The notes below the pieces were generated by a model, which made no database searches, had not been told where the DNA came from, and was given only the letters and a program-made list of their open reading frames with translations. A stretch of DNA of 57,710 bases, the filler included, from Dirinaria sp. TL-2023a (Eukaryota): NCBI GenBank assembly GCA_051941275.1. It is 4 parts of 4 records of this genome, joined end to end, with 100 filler letters (N's around TTAATTAATTAA, not from the genome) between each part and the next. Parts side by side here need not be neighbours in the genome. Positions count along the whole stretch, not along the records: positions 1 to 14,407 come from JAVEBF010000609.1; 3 more parts are not named here. One strand, written 5' to 3'. The position numbers and the translations under genes are program-made. This document shows positions 1-12,496 of the stretch, piece after piece. Within the stretch, counting starts at the first letter, position 1; each line of letters begins with the position of its first letter.

Positions 1-183
1 CGCTTTGGAAATGCTTGACCCCTTTGGTTGATCCGAATGACCCAATACTCTTTTTTTTTTTTTCTTCTTTTTTTTTTCTCTTTCAAATAAAACAATTGGA
101 GTTCCCTTGGATATGTATGTCTTTCCCTGTTTCAATGCCGATTCAATGACGAAGATTTGGGATTGGGCTATGGGCCGACCCGA

Positions 184-211
184 GAGGATGAGGATGAGGA
201 TGAGGATGAGG
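184..211 (+). repeat. (GAGGAT)n microsatellite, about 4.5 units
   Basis: Read directly: gaggatgaggatgaggatgaggatgagg. Confidence 0.9.
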
Positions 212-1144
212 TCCAACTTTATACTTTATCCAACCACTCCTATCGTTTGAAGATAGAGGACATGCAATAATTAGTACTAAGGTAATGGCTACTTTAAGTA
301 GTCAGTTGGCTCTGCAAACTCCCAACTACGCACGCAACCATACGTACTTTACTAACAGTACCTAGGTAGCTACAGCGTCTTATGATACCAGCTAGTAAAC
401 TTCACGGGAAGAAGGAGGGTCGAAAATATCATGACTTTTATTCTCATTTAATCTGAGATCGTGTTACATATCTCGCCTCACAAATCACGATGCCACCAGA
501 CTTTCGCCTCCCTGGTCCTGCTGCACGCTCTCCTCGGTGAAATCTCCATACTAAGTATGGTACGGTACGGGGAGGAAACGCAAGGTAAGGTATGACGACT
601 TGGACCTCGGCAATGCCGATGTTGGGTTCAACCCCACAAGGCAGCCATCGCCTCAGGTTAAAGGAAGGTAAAGTACATGTACATAAGGTACCTTTTTCCA
701 TCGTCTCGTAACTGATCTTGATGGATTATTTTAACCTCGGTTGAGGCTCTGCCTTCGATCCTCAGGTAAGTACTGTACGTACCGATGTAAAGATCCATGA
801 CATGGAGGCTGCCTCAATTTTCTACATATGGACTGCATGTTGACTAATCCCATCATTTAGTACAGTATATATCTACTCTCGACCGCAATACATAAAATGG
901 ACGGAAGCTCGTGGCAACTGAAACTCGCACCTTACATTCAATGATACTGATATCACCAACACGGTCAAGAGAAGGCTTGCCGGTGCCACTCTTGAACGCG
1001 CATTGATCCAGCTATATCGTCGTGCTTCCTGCATTCCCTTGCAAAGCCAGCGTTTACCTTCTCCTTGCTATAGTCTCAGTATACGCTGGTTTAGTCTCCG
1101 AGAAGTTCTCCCTGATCTACGGATGCCACATACGGTCAGCAACA

Positions 1145-2845
1145 ATGCTTTCGGTGGTACTACCCAGCCTTCCCCTCCTCCTGGTGGGTTCTGTAGTAAT
1201 TTATGCTATCTACTACATCCACTGGCAATTCACTGTGGGCGTCAACCGCCGACGCCTGATTCGAGAACATGGCTGCAAGCCCATAAAGCTCCATCCAGAT
1301 CTGAACTCTCCTATTGAGCGGTTCCTCGGTGTTTCCACATTTCGAGCCAATCAAAAGGCCTTCAAGGAGCGCAGACTGCTAGAGGCCATGAGAGAACGCT
1401 TCCAGCGCTACGGCAACACATTGACAATCTCAGTCCTGGGTAATCGTATTTATACGACTAATGAGCCAGAGAATGCCAAGACAGTACTGGCAACGAAGTT
1501 CAAGGACTGGAGCTTGACCGACAAGCGAAAGCGCGCTTTTGTCCCTCTTCTCGGCCATGGCATCTTCACAACCGATGGTGCAGCTTGGCACCATTCTCGA
1601 GAGCTGTTAAAACCCAATTTCGTTCGCAGCCAGGTTGGGGATCTCCCAACGTTCGAGGTACACGTGAAGCACCTGATCAAGAATATACCGAGGGATGGCT
1701 CCACCATTAAGTTGCAAGACCTTTTCTTCCGTTTGACCATTGATTCAGCGACGGAATTCCTGTTCGGTGAATCTGTAAACTGCCTCGATCCCGGCACCGC
1801 GGAAGACGACGGCGCTAAGTTCGCAGAAGCCTGGAACCGATCGCAAGAGGATGTCGGGGAGACTGCTCGTAATGGTCCATTGGGTCTATTCCTCCGTCGG
1901 TCGACATTCCGCCAGGATGTTAAATATGTGCATGAATTTGCTGATAAGTATGTCCGGCGTGGACTGGATTTACGTAAGACATACGATGTCGAGGGAGCCG
2001 ACCCGAAACCGAACGAGCGATACGTGTTTTTGAATGAACTAGTCAAGCGCACCAACGACCCAGTGCAGCTTCGCTCAGAGCTGCTCAATGTCCTGCTAGC
2101 TGGACGTGACACTACAGCAAGCTTACTGAGCAACGTCTGGTTTGTGCTGGCGAGGCGACCGGATATCTGGGAGAGGCTTCAGGCCGAGGTGAACAAGCTA
2201 GGGGTTGCGCAGCCAACATTCGAACAGCTCAAGGATATGAAGTACCTAAAGGCAGTGTTGAACGAGTGTACAGATCCTCCTGACCCAGTCTGACTTGCAT
2301 TCGCTTATGAAATTTTAGCATTGCGTCTACACCCCGTCGTTCCCATCAACGCACGCATGGCCATTGTTGACACCGTGCTACCACTCGGCGGCGGCGAGGA
2401 TGGCAAGTCGCCGCTGTTGATCCCAGCCAAGACCATACTCAACTATGCCCCATACACCACCCACCGCCGCAAAGACCTTTTCGGTGAAGACGCCGAAGAG
2501 TTCAAGCCGGAGCGATGGGAGACCCTACGACCTGGCTGGGTAGGTCTCTTCGCTGTTAACGAATTTTGGCCCTGGCTAATGAGGCTGCAGGAATACCTAC
2601 CCTTCAACGGCGGGCCCAGAATTTGCGTTGGACGTGAGCACGCTCTCAATCCCCTTGTCTCGGATCCTCATTCACTGACCCGGTACGCAGAACAATTTGC
2701 TCTAACGGAGGCGAGCTACACGACGGTTCGCTTGATGCAGGAATTCAAGAGGATCGAGAGCCGAGACGACAGCGCTTGGGAGGAGTGGCTGACGCTGACA
2801 TGTGTCGGGCGCAATGGTGCGAAGGTTGGCTTGATGCCTGCTTGA
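1145..2845 (+). CDS. Cytochrome P450, CYP52/CYP584-like (alkane/fatty-acid hydroxylase clan); 4 exons
   Basis: ATG at 1145 is followed by a hydrophobic anchor. Motifs: [10 protein letters not shown]-helix LLAGRDTTA, ExxR (NESLR after splicing), PERW, and heme motif [10 protein letters not shown]. Introns 2268-2318, 2540-2590 and 2634-2690 have GT..AG borders. Confidence 0.93.
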
Positions 2846-3643
2846 GTTCCGTGATAAGTAAGGATGCACTCCTTAGCAGGAATCTTCGAACCGGCCGTCA
2901 AGGCGATGGATTTTTCGCTTGATTAGCAATTTTCAGCATCTGAAATGGGTCTTTGAGCCACATCTCATCATCTCCAATAGCTGGCTAGAGTGACTAGAGC
3001 CAATACGTAGTAGTCGTACGTCACTTGACTGATTCCCCCACATCATTCATACATCGCTCGTAGGAGTACAGTAAGCAAAAACTTTACGATACGTGAGTCT
3101 CTGAGCCAAAGTTCCTTATTATTATTGTTCGTTCTCGTCTCTGTGCTTGGGGATCTGAGGGTACAAGGGTTACTCGTACGAGTACGAGGGTTAGTGAGGC
3201 TTGATCGAGGCTAGTGTCGGCATTACTTTCGCCCGTCCTCGCCCGCTCGGCCCGTCATATTGACTTACCTGTTGCGCACAGATCCTGGCACCCGAGGGAC
3301 CCCTCCACCCCTCGTACCTAATGTACCTACTTTACATCAGGGTATTAGTATTTCCAAGACACTCCCAGCACCTCGAAACCCCCCTACCTCCCTATCTTAC
3401 CTTCCCTTAGGGACCCTCGTACACTACTTCATGTACTGTGGGTAACACAGCACCGTTTTGCCTGCACACGTGTCCAAACATTTCTTCGGGTCTCCCAGAA
3501 AAACACAAGACGTTGCCAATCATTCGTATGATCATGGACTAGTGCAACATGCGCGTGGCATCACATCACCTGCATTGACCCAATCTTGTCGCGGGTTTGG
3601 GGCCCATGATCTTTGAAAGGTTCGAAAGGAGCCAGAGCGGAAT

Positions 3644-5044
3644 ATGAGTACGACAGTGGTTCTTGGCGCCCAGTACGTGATTTCTCTAAGTACGAGTATT
3701 TCCTATTGATGTTCACCCAGGTGGGGTGATGAAGGCAAAGGAAAGCTGGTAGATATCCTGGCAAGGGAAAGCCATTTGGTATGCAGAGCCGCCGGCGGTA
3801 ACAACGCCGGCCACACAATCGTTGCCGACGGCGTCGTGTACGATTTTCACATCTTACCTTCAGGCCTCATCAGTCCGAATGCTATAAATCTCATCGGCGC
3901 CGGCTGTGTAATCCACATGCCGTCGCTGTTTGCAGAGATGAAGGCCTTGAAAGACAAAGGCCTTCAAGACGTGGACGGGAGGCTTTTGATCAGTGACAGA
4001 GCTCAGATCTGCTTTGATCTCCACGTGGTCGTCGACGGCCTCGAGGAGGGGGGGCGAGGAGACGCCACCCAACGGGGGCGAGTGATTGGGACCACTAAGA
4101 AAGGCATTGGCCCATGCTACTCGGATGCCATCGCTCGAAAAGGCGTTCCAGTATGGATGCTATTCGGCGCTGAAGCCGAGGATGGAATCCCCGAATGGGA
4201 GAGGCGCCTTCGAGATCTCGAGCGAGCCTACAGGAAATTGTTTCCAGAAGGCCTGGGCGGCTACAGCGTTGAGGAAGAAATCGAAAGATTCAAGTCATAT
4301 CTGGAGAGGCTTCGGCCGCTTGTTGTATCGCAGACTCCCCTCCTGTCGACGGCTACTTCCATAGAATCCAATCAGACAGTTCTTGTGGAGGGTGCAAATG
4401 CTCTTATGCTGGATATCATATCAGGTACTTATCCGTTCGTTACAAGTTCGAACACCGGAATCGCTGGAGTCTTCGCGGGTCTGGGGGGCCTCCGCATGCA
4501 ATCCATACGAAATGTAATAGGGGTTGTTAAAGCTTACACGACCCGTGTTGGAGCCGGGCCCTTTCCGACAGAATTAACAGGTGAGCAAGAAGGGAAGACC
4601 TTGCAAACGGTTGGTCGCGAATTCGGAGTCACCACCGGTCGAGAGCGCAGGTGTGGCTGGCTCGATCTTGTCGTCGTCAAGTACAGTACTGAGGTGAACG
4701 GCTACACTGCGATCAATCTCACCAAGCTCGACGTCCTCGATTCGTTCCCGGAGATCAAGGTAGCAGTGGCCTACTCCGTCATCACTGAAGACATTCACAT
4801 GGCGGAGAGACTCGACTCGTTTCCCGCAAACCTCGAGATCCTCGAGAGCAATAGCAAAAGCGGCATGCTGCACGTGGAGTACGAGACCTTCAAAGGCTGG
4901 GAAAAAAGCACGACTGGGTGTAAGCGGTGGGAAGATCTACCGGAGGAAGCGCGATCGTATGTTACGTTTATTGAAAGCTATATAGACGTCCCGATCACGC
5001 ACATTGGGACCGGACCCAACAGAGAGGACATGATCCAACGATAG
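3644..5044 (+). CDS. ADE12: Adenylosuccinate synthetase, divergent copy; 2 exons
   Basis: Exon 1 MSTTVVLGAQ plus intron 3673-3720 restores GAQWGDEGKGK. Also GGNNAGHT, IGTTKKGIGP, GTYPFVTSS, KAYTTRVGAGPFPTE, EFGVTTGRERRCGWLD, TKLDVLD and GTGP. The family is certain; orthology to the housekeeping copy is not. Confidence 0.92.
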
Positions 5045-6490
5045 AGACAACGATAGAGACTCGATGCCAATGAATGAAGGGTATTTACCTTATGATTCAG
5101 TATTTCAAGTACTTTACCCTGGGGTGTTAAACTTCAAGGCGATGAGGTCACGTAACAAATGCAGACACATGAACTGAGCAAGGCTCTTTACTTTACTTTA
5201 CTTATACCGACTTTTGTTCAGGGTATAATGTGGATACCTCCAGAATCGAAATACCTTTACGCAGAGAGATTGCTAAATTAGAAATTCCACCCACTGTGAG
5301 TGAAGTTGATCTTGAACTTGATTCAGTAACCACCAAGGCACTACTTACTTTTCCATCCCCCACAGCTTGCCATGCTACTCTTCCCAATATTTCAGCTGAA
5401 CACAGTTTTACCGCGCTGCTCCCTTGGACAGCAGATCCGCGTTTACCGCCAATTCCATGATTCAGGTAGGCTAGGGTGAGCGCCGCGGCGTTGTCCTCCG
5501 CAATAATAATGGCTGCGGGAGGCACCGTTGAGGTTCGCAGTTCCAGGGAAACTTTATACGGCGAGGATGATGCGCTTGGTACTAAGAAACAAGAGCGAAA
5601 TTTGTGCGAATCTATAAAAAGCGAAGATGATCGTATCACCACTCACCACTGCCTTCCGTTTGCCGGCTCTCATCCAGGTACCCAGAGTACTGTATGGTAT
5701 CATTGGTGAAAAGGACCCGATCGGTTCTTTCCCATGTCAATGCGACCGTGGCATGCACAGATCGCAAAGATCATGCGCCCGATGCTTGTGCTTCGACGAG
5801 CAATAACGAAGGGAATTCCGGGACGAGCATTCCGAGGCGTTTCATCATCCCAAGCTGTCATACCTACGTCGACTTACACGCGGCATGGATGTCACAGTGA
5901 GCACGATCGATGTTTTTCGTCTCGCAGTGTCTTGCTCTAGCAATAGTAATATCACTATCCACAATTCAGACAAGTGAAAAGGAAGCTGCGGTGCATAGCG
6001 CCTATGCTTGAAACAAAACTGAAGGTGCTAGAGACAGGTAAGACAGCTATTGCCGCTCGCGGGTAGCAAAGCAATGTCTTAAAGAGTCCATTCCTTGAAA
6101 TAACGCTTTTCGCAAGAATGGTTCACCGAGATTATTGAGAAGCTACTCTTGCTGTTGAGCTGAGCACGAGATAAGGCACTTCGAATACGAGATATTGGAT
6201 TACACACGAACGCAGCTAAAATAATAATACGAGACTCGAAGGCTACACGACCTCTGCAATCGAGCGCTTTGGGAAACACAAGCATCGCGAATCAATCTCC
6301 GCTAGTCCGACGCCACATTTAGCGGCCTCGATCTGCCTGCTTCGCTGTCTCGCTCGCTGGCTCGAGGGAGGGCGCCATGCATTTGGCCCCGGATTGTTTA
6401 AACGAGAAATCCTCGTCACTACTGCTCCTCCCATCATATCAAGACCATGGTGCACCATCACAGTTGTGCACGAGTACGTCCTCGAATGTC

Positions 6491-8049
6491 ATGGTCAGAA
6501 AAGATGTGAGAGATGTGCGCTGGCTCGAGGTCGGTTCAGAACCATACTTACCCAACCAAATATGCATCCTTCGCGCCCAGCCGGAAGCTTGCCACCCGCA
6601 TGGCAGTACCACGGGCACCTTCTTACCTTGTCCTCTATTAACCACCAAACGATTTTCGGGCTGACTGTGTTGGTGGCGCGTTCATCTAGGGCCTGCGAGG
6701 AATCAGCGCTCTTTTCATTGTTACGTCACATATTTTCACCAAACTGAACCCAAACCTCGAGTCACCTGCTCCTTCGGCAAAGGCGTCCCCAGATTTCGTG
6801 CAGCTTCCCATCATCCGCCTGCTCATCGCTGGTCGAGCGAGCTTGTCCTTCTTCTTCCTGCTGACCGGATTCGTCAATTCCCTCAGTTTCCTGAGGGAAA
6901 CGCGCGGGGGAAATCATTCCGTGGCTCTTGCGGGACTGGCACGCAGCGCTTTTCGACGCATTGGGCGATTGGTCCTGCCTGCCACTGCGGCCACGACACT
7001 GAGCTGGGCGCTGTGCCAAGTCGGCGCGTACACCCTCGCCCAGGATGGCGATGTTGACTGGTTCCGGGACATTTCGCCTGATCCGAGCCCGACGATACCG
7101 TGGGCGATATGTCACCTGCTGAAAGAGATCTGGAGGACGTGGGCGAAGACGGCCAATGAGTACGACAAGGTGCAATGGAATCTTCTCTTCCTGCTCAAGG
7201 CGTCCATGTTCGTCTATCTTATTTTGCTCATGACGACCTACGTGACGCCGCGGTCGAGGAAGATGTGCTTGGTCCTCTACTGGCTCTTCAGCTGGTCCAG
7301 CAACGATAGTAGGCTTTTCACTGCCAAATTCCTCCTGCTAAATACGAAGTGATTCTAATATGGGTCTAGCTCTAATTGGTATGAACGTTGCCTCCGGCAT
7401 GCTCCTCGCCGAGCTTCTGACGGATGCGACCCATTCCGCCGCCCCAACCAATACCACCCAGCAGCATCCCTCGCTCCTCTCGAAAAGTCTCCCCCCACTA
7501 GTACTTCTTTTTGGCCTTATCGTTTCCGGTTTTCCGGAGAAGAATCCCTCTTGGACGAAGTGGTCCCACGTCCTCGACCGTCTCGGCCTTCGCATCTTCT
7601 TCACCAATACTGAACTCGACCGCGACTGGGGCTCCGTAGGTGGGGGACTGATCCTTCTCGGTACCCTCTACACCCCTTTCGCCAAATCGGCGCTGAGCCA
7701 CCGATGGCTGGTATGGATGGGCAAAGTCAGCTACTCGGTATTTTTGATTCACACGGCGCTGATCCGGAGCCTACTATGCTGGATGCTATACAACGGAATG
7801 GGGAGGAGCAGGACGATGGATGATGAAGGGATCATTTCCAAGGGAAGGCTCAGGCATCGGATGGGGGCGGGCATGGTGGTTAGTCTGGCGGCTTTCTTCG
7901 TTTTGTTATACCCCCTGGCTTGGGCGTGGTCAAGATGGGTTGAGACGGCTTGTGGGCGCGTCGTCACGTGGGTGGAAGAAATGATGTTTGAAGAGGAGTT
8001 CAAGGATAAAGGGAGGGGCGCGGCGCCATTGTTGAGCGTGGCTTCATAG
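6491..8049 (+). CDS. Membrane-bound O-acyltransferase, acyltransferase-3 (OafA-like) family; 3 exons
   Basis: Splicing 6530-6689 gives WLEGLRGISALFIVTSH (LDGLRG motif). Also FFFLLTGFV, FRRIGRL and WMGKVSYSVFLIH, with many TM helices. Second intron 7309-7369. Alternative start at 6377. Confidence 0.85.
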
Positions 8050-8222
8050 AGCGGTTTGGAAAGGAGGATAATGAGGTCTGGGCATTTTCAGCGGCATTTA
8101 GGGAGGTATCTGGTATGATTTTGTTTTTGTTTTCTCTTTTTCTTTTGGTCTCTGTATATATTGAAGAGTCTGACAGACATTCGCTTCGTTTCAATTGGAC
8201 GCCATCTACTCCCCAGCTGCAG

Positions 8223-8249
8223 CTGCTTCACTGCTTCACTGCTTCACTG
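8223..8249 (+). repeat. (CTGCTTCA)x3 tandem repeat
   Basis: Read directly: ctgcttcactgcttcactgcttcactg. Confidence 0.8.
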
Positions 8250-8625
8250 AGGCCCTTCAATTCTCTATGTGATACGGATATGACAATTCGATTACGTAGG
8301 ACACTGGCATTCTTCTTCAAGGACGCCTCGGATTGACTTGTCTTAGGTAAATCATGTTCTCGATACACTACCTTAAGAATCATTATTGATACGAGTACCA
8401 ATGTGACATTATCATTCCTTCCACCATTATTCCACCACTGATTCACTGTATGACACGGGAACAAACGGATGCGCCGCGTCGCAATTTTCCCAGTTCATGT
8501 GGGAGCTGGTGGGAACGGGCAATAATCCGATGCAGGTTGGTTACCGACGGGTGTGCAAGTCTGTGCAGTGTGAAGTTGCAACGGTTACTTTGCAGCGGGG
8601 ATTACCTTTACCTACTGTAGGTAGG

Positions 8626-8661
8626 CCAGACCCAGACCCAGACCCAGAACCAGACCCGGAC
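8626..8661 (+). repeat. (CCAGAC)n imperfect hexamer repeat, intergenic
   Basis: Read directly: ccagacccagacccagacccagaaccagacccggac. Confidence 0.85.
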
Positions 8662-9408
8662 AGGCCGGACTTGAAGCCAAGGGAGAGTACACCTAAGGTA
8701 AGCTACCTACCTCTAGGTGAGAAGGTACCTAATTTACCAGCTCAGGTACCTACCTTACTACTACTAAGAGGTGCGATCGCAGAGTACATACGGTAAGATA
8801 AAGTATGGTGGGTAAAGGTACCTAGGTAAGCTCGTAAGATAGTGAAGGTATGTACTCCGAGATTTGCCCCTCATTTTTAGCTTCTGCACCGTTACATTCT
8901 ACCGGGATGTGGGGGTGGTCGAATGACCTGTCGAGCCTGTCAGAGAGAAGCCAGAGTTCAGTCCTCAACGGTCGAAAAGGCCGGCTGCCGATTGATGATC
9001 TGGATCTGCACGGACGCCAAAATGCTCATAAGCTCTACCTTAATGTACCTTATGTACTGCACAGCAAGTATATGGTAGTAATGTACATACATTCACTACA
9101 GTCATCCCCTAGTCAGATTATGCTCCACTCGCTCTGCCGTTCAAGTTGTCATCAGCCTCTTTTACTTCCTGCCGATCGGTATCAATTCTCAGTACTCCAA
9201 ACTCCGTACCGTATGGTCGGCCTGATACCGTAGCCAACCAAAACGCTTCCGAAGAAGAACCTGTGCAGTACAATAAGGTATTTGCTGGGTGGCATGCATA
9301 ATTTGCCGTGATTGAGCCAACCTCGGATTTTCCTTCATCTTCCCCACCTGGCTTAAAAGACAGAGACACTAGACATTCAAAGGGAAACCCAATTCAGTCC
9401 TGCGCACC

Positions 9409-11104
9409 ATGACTGACGTAGTGGACGAGAAGGGGAATGCGCCTACCTCGGATACTCTCAAGGAGGCCTCCGCGACCAACCAGCAAAACGATTCATCTAC
9501 CTACTACAACACCCAGAGCGCCGAGGAGCGTGGAGGAGTGCCAGCTCGACCTGGAGGATGGATGTACAAGGAGTTCAACTTTGGCCCTCTGCATATCCCG
9601 TGCTATGCCTCACCACCCTTCCAGTTGGTCCTCATCGCACTCACATGCTTCATGTGCCCAGGCATGTTCAACGCCCTCAACGGATTGGGGGGAGCCGGCC
9701 AGTTCGATGCCTCGACTGCCGACAATGCCAACACGGCGCTATACTCGACCTTCAGCGTCTTCGGCTTCTTTGCTGGCACCTTCGCTAACCGCATGGGACT
9801 CAAGACCACCGTAAGTGTGGGAGGGTTCGGGTACTGCCTCTACACTGCGAGCTACTTGTGCTACAACCATACCCAGAATCGAGGATTTGTCGTCTTCTCC
9901 GGTGCTCTGTTGGGTATCTGCGCCGCTTTTCTGTGGACGGCCCAAGGCGCAATCATGATGTCGTACCCGAGTGAGGCTTCAAAAGGCCGCTATATCTCGT
10001 GGTTCTGGATGATATTCAACCTCGGCGGTGTGATCGGTGCCCTGTACGCTCACAATAGTGTTTGTCCGATGCTGCATCTGCTGATTGCTTGACAGCATTC
10101 CACTTGGTGAAAACATCCATTCGAGCTCCAGCAAAGTCAATGACGGCACGTACATTGGTTTCCTGGTCCTCACGTTCATCGGACTTTGTTTGGCCTGGAC
10201 TCTCGTAGATGCTCACAAAGTCATTCGTGAGGATGGCTCGCATGTAGTCCTCATGAAACACCCAACGTGGAAGAGCGAAGTGCTTGGGCTCTACGAGGTT
10301 TTCCTCACAGACCCATGGATCGTCCTCTTATTTCCCATGTTCCTCTCGAGCAATTGGTTCTACAGCTATACCTTCAATGGCTTTAACGCAGCCAAATTCA
10401 ACATTCGCACCCGAGCCTTGAACAACGTGCTGTACTGGCTCAGTCAAATCATCGGAGCCTACGTGTTCGGGTTTGCGCTGGACTTTCAGGGAGTCCGAAG
10501 AAGCCTGAAGGCCAAGGTGCTGTGGGGGACACTGTCTGTGTTAACAATGGCCATTTGGGGTGGAGGATATGCGTGGCAGAAGCAGTATACCCGGGCTCAG
10601 ACTGCTCCCGAGGATTATGTTCGCATGGACTGGACAAGCTCGGGATATGTCGGTCCGATGTTCTTGTACATGTTCTACGGTTTCTACGACGCTGCATGGC
10701 AAACGAGCATTTATTGGTCAGTCTCAGCAAAGCTAGAATTGTCGACCGAATCGGATTAGCCTGTGACTAACCTTCTTCTTAGGTACATGGGAGCCCTTAC
10801 GAACAACGGCCGCAAGTTGGCCAACTTTGCTGGTTTTTACAAAGGCATCCAGTCGGCCGGTTCAGCCATCACCTACCGTATCGATGCTCTCAAAGCGCCT
10901 TTCATGAACGAGTTTGCGTCGAACTGGGGCCTCCTGATGGGGTCTCTGGTCCTTGCGGCGCCGCTGATCTTCACCAAGGTGCCAGACACGGTACCTTTGG
11001 AGAAGGACCTGGAATTCTCCGACGAAACATTTGAAGAGGTCGCGCCCACCGAGGCCCTCGTTTCCGGAAACCCCGAGGTGCAGCATGGAACTGAGAAAGC
11101 ATGA
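9409..11104 (+). CDS. UNC-93-like/DUF895 MFS transporter (Ngt1/NOPE1 GlcNAc-transporter family); 3 exons
   Basis: Family motifs CFMCPGMFNALNGLGGAG, LWTAQGAIMMSYP..KGRYI, FNIRTRALN and GFYKGIQSAG. Introns 10044-10095 and 10717-10782. Confidence 0.88.
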
Positions 11105-12496
11105 ATGCTAGATGTCTGACTTTGGTGGAAAGTTTGTGGGGATTTCGAAGGAAAAGTTTTTTTAATTGTTGCCTGGGCTTGGTATGGTCCACTTGGGATG
11201 ATCGACTGATGATTACTGTAGGCAGTGAAGTATTTGATACCCCCTGAGCCGGAAGAACGTTTGCTGTTGCTACCAGCTGGCAGCTTCTATGGGGCGGGTT
11301 TTTTTTTGTCTTTCTTTATTTCCGGCCAGGAGTATATGCGAGAGAATTGAAAGCGATCCGAGGACCGGAGGACCACCGACATTTAATTACTTATGTTATG
11401 AAGCATTGACCATCCCACATGATTTCGGATTGGATGACTGATTGACTGGGGTGCTTTAGCATGCGATGCGCGCTGAGCTATGCTCGCTAGCGTGTGCCGA
11501 TGGAGTGGCCCGGCCTTAGCACTTAGCAGTTACTCGCCTTATTATTACCTGATGAGACTTTACTTCAAGGAGAAAAAACATCATCTGTAAACCTGACTGT
11601 TGGACCCAAATCCTTGCTCCAGCCTGGATCACGGTAATATACTGCCGGGATCCAGGTCTGATTAGACTTTGGTACCATCATGATTTTTCCACCTATCGAT
11701 CATTTCCAAACGACGACCGATTCTCCTATCGCTGCTCCCTTTTTATTTGCTCGCTGGCCTGCTAGCCCCTTGAAGCCACCCGTAGCCGCCAATCTACTTT
11801 ACCATCTTCCCTTGCCACGAGGCCCATCGCACCACCACTTGAACCTGAACTCTGAAGCCATGCCATCGTTCCCTCTGCAAATCCTGCAAAGGCTGCAATC
11901 CTGCTACTAGCAATCCTACTAAGCAATCCGAATCTGTCTTGCCGCGCTCCCGGCCCGTCAATTAGAAATCCATGCGAAGTGCCCATACTTTTCCCTACCA
12001 GACTTACTACTGTACAGTACTTACCTTACCTTACTTACCCTACCCGCGGGACACACTACTCTGGACCCTCGGCCCCGATTTCAAATGTCACCTCAAGATC
12101 CTACGTCCAAAGAAGTCTCTTCAAACTACTCGCCTCTGGTGCCAGTACTGCCCTTTGTTCCCCTATCCGTCGGCGTATGGCAAGCAACCACGGCAACGTT
12201 CCGCCATCCACCAAGATCGCAGAAGTGGAGCATCAAACCTGATCTCAACCTAACAAATGCCTCGTGGCCGCTGTGAACCGCGGCACGAATATCTAGCCAC
12301 AGCTCTGACCCCTTAGGCGAGGCCCTCTGCAAGCTCCTGCGGGAACTGCAATCGCTGATCAGCAAGTATGTCATCCGTGGGGATCCTTCCCTAAATACTC
12401 CTCCCCCCCAAACCCTCCAACTCAGGCCACAGCAAACTTGAATCTCTTCGGCCCGATCTGCTACTAGTATCCTCTCCTCTGTGCCCAGTTGCAAAC

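Noticed and set aside
2540..2690. Stop-free in-frame introns in the P450 (51 and 57 nt; also 48 nt in the hexokinase) as protein insertions
   Set aside because: They have canonical GT..AG borders and branch sites, and removing them restores conserved motifs. Short 3n introns are common in fungi.
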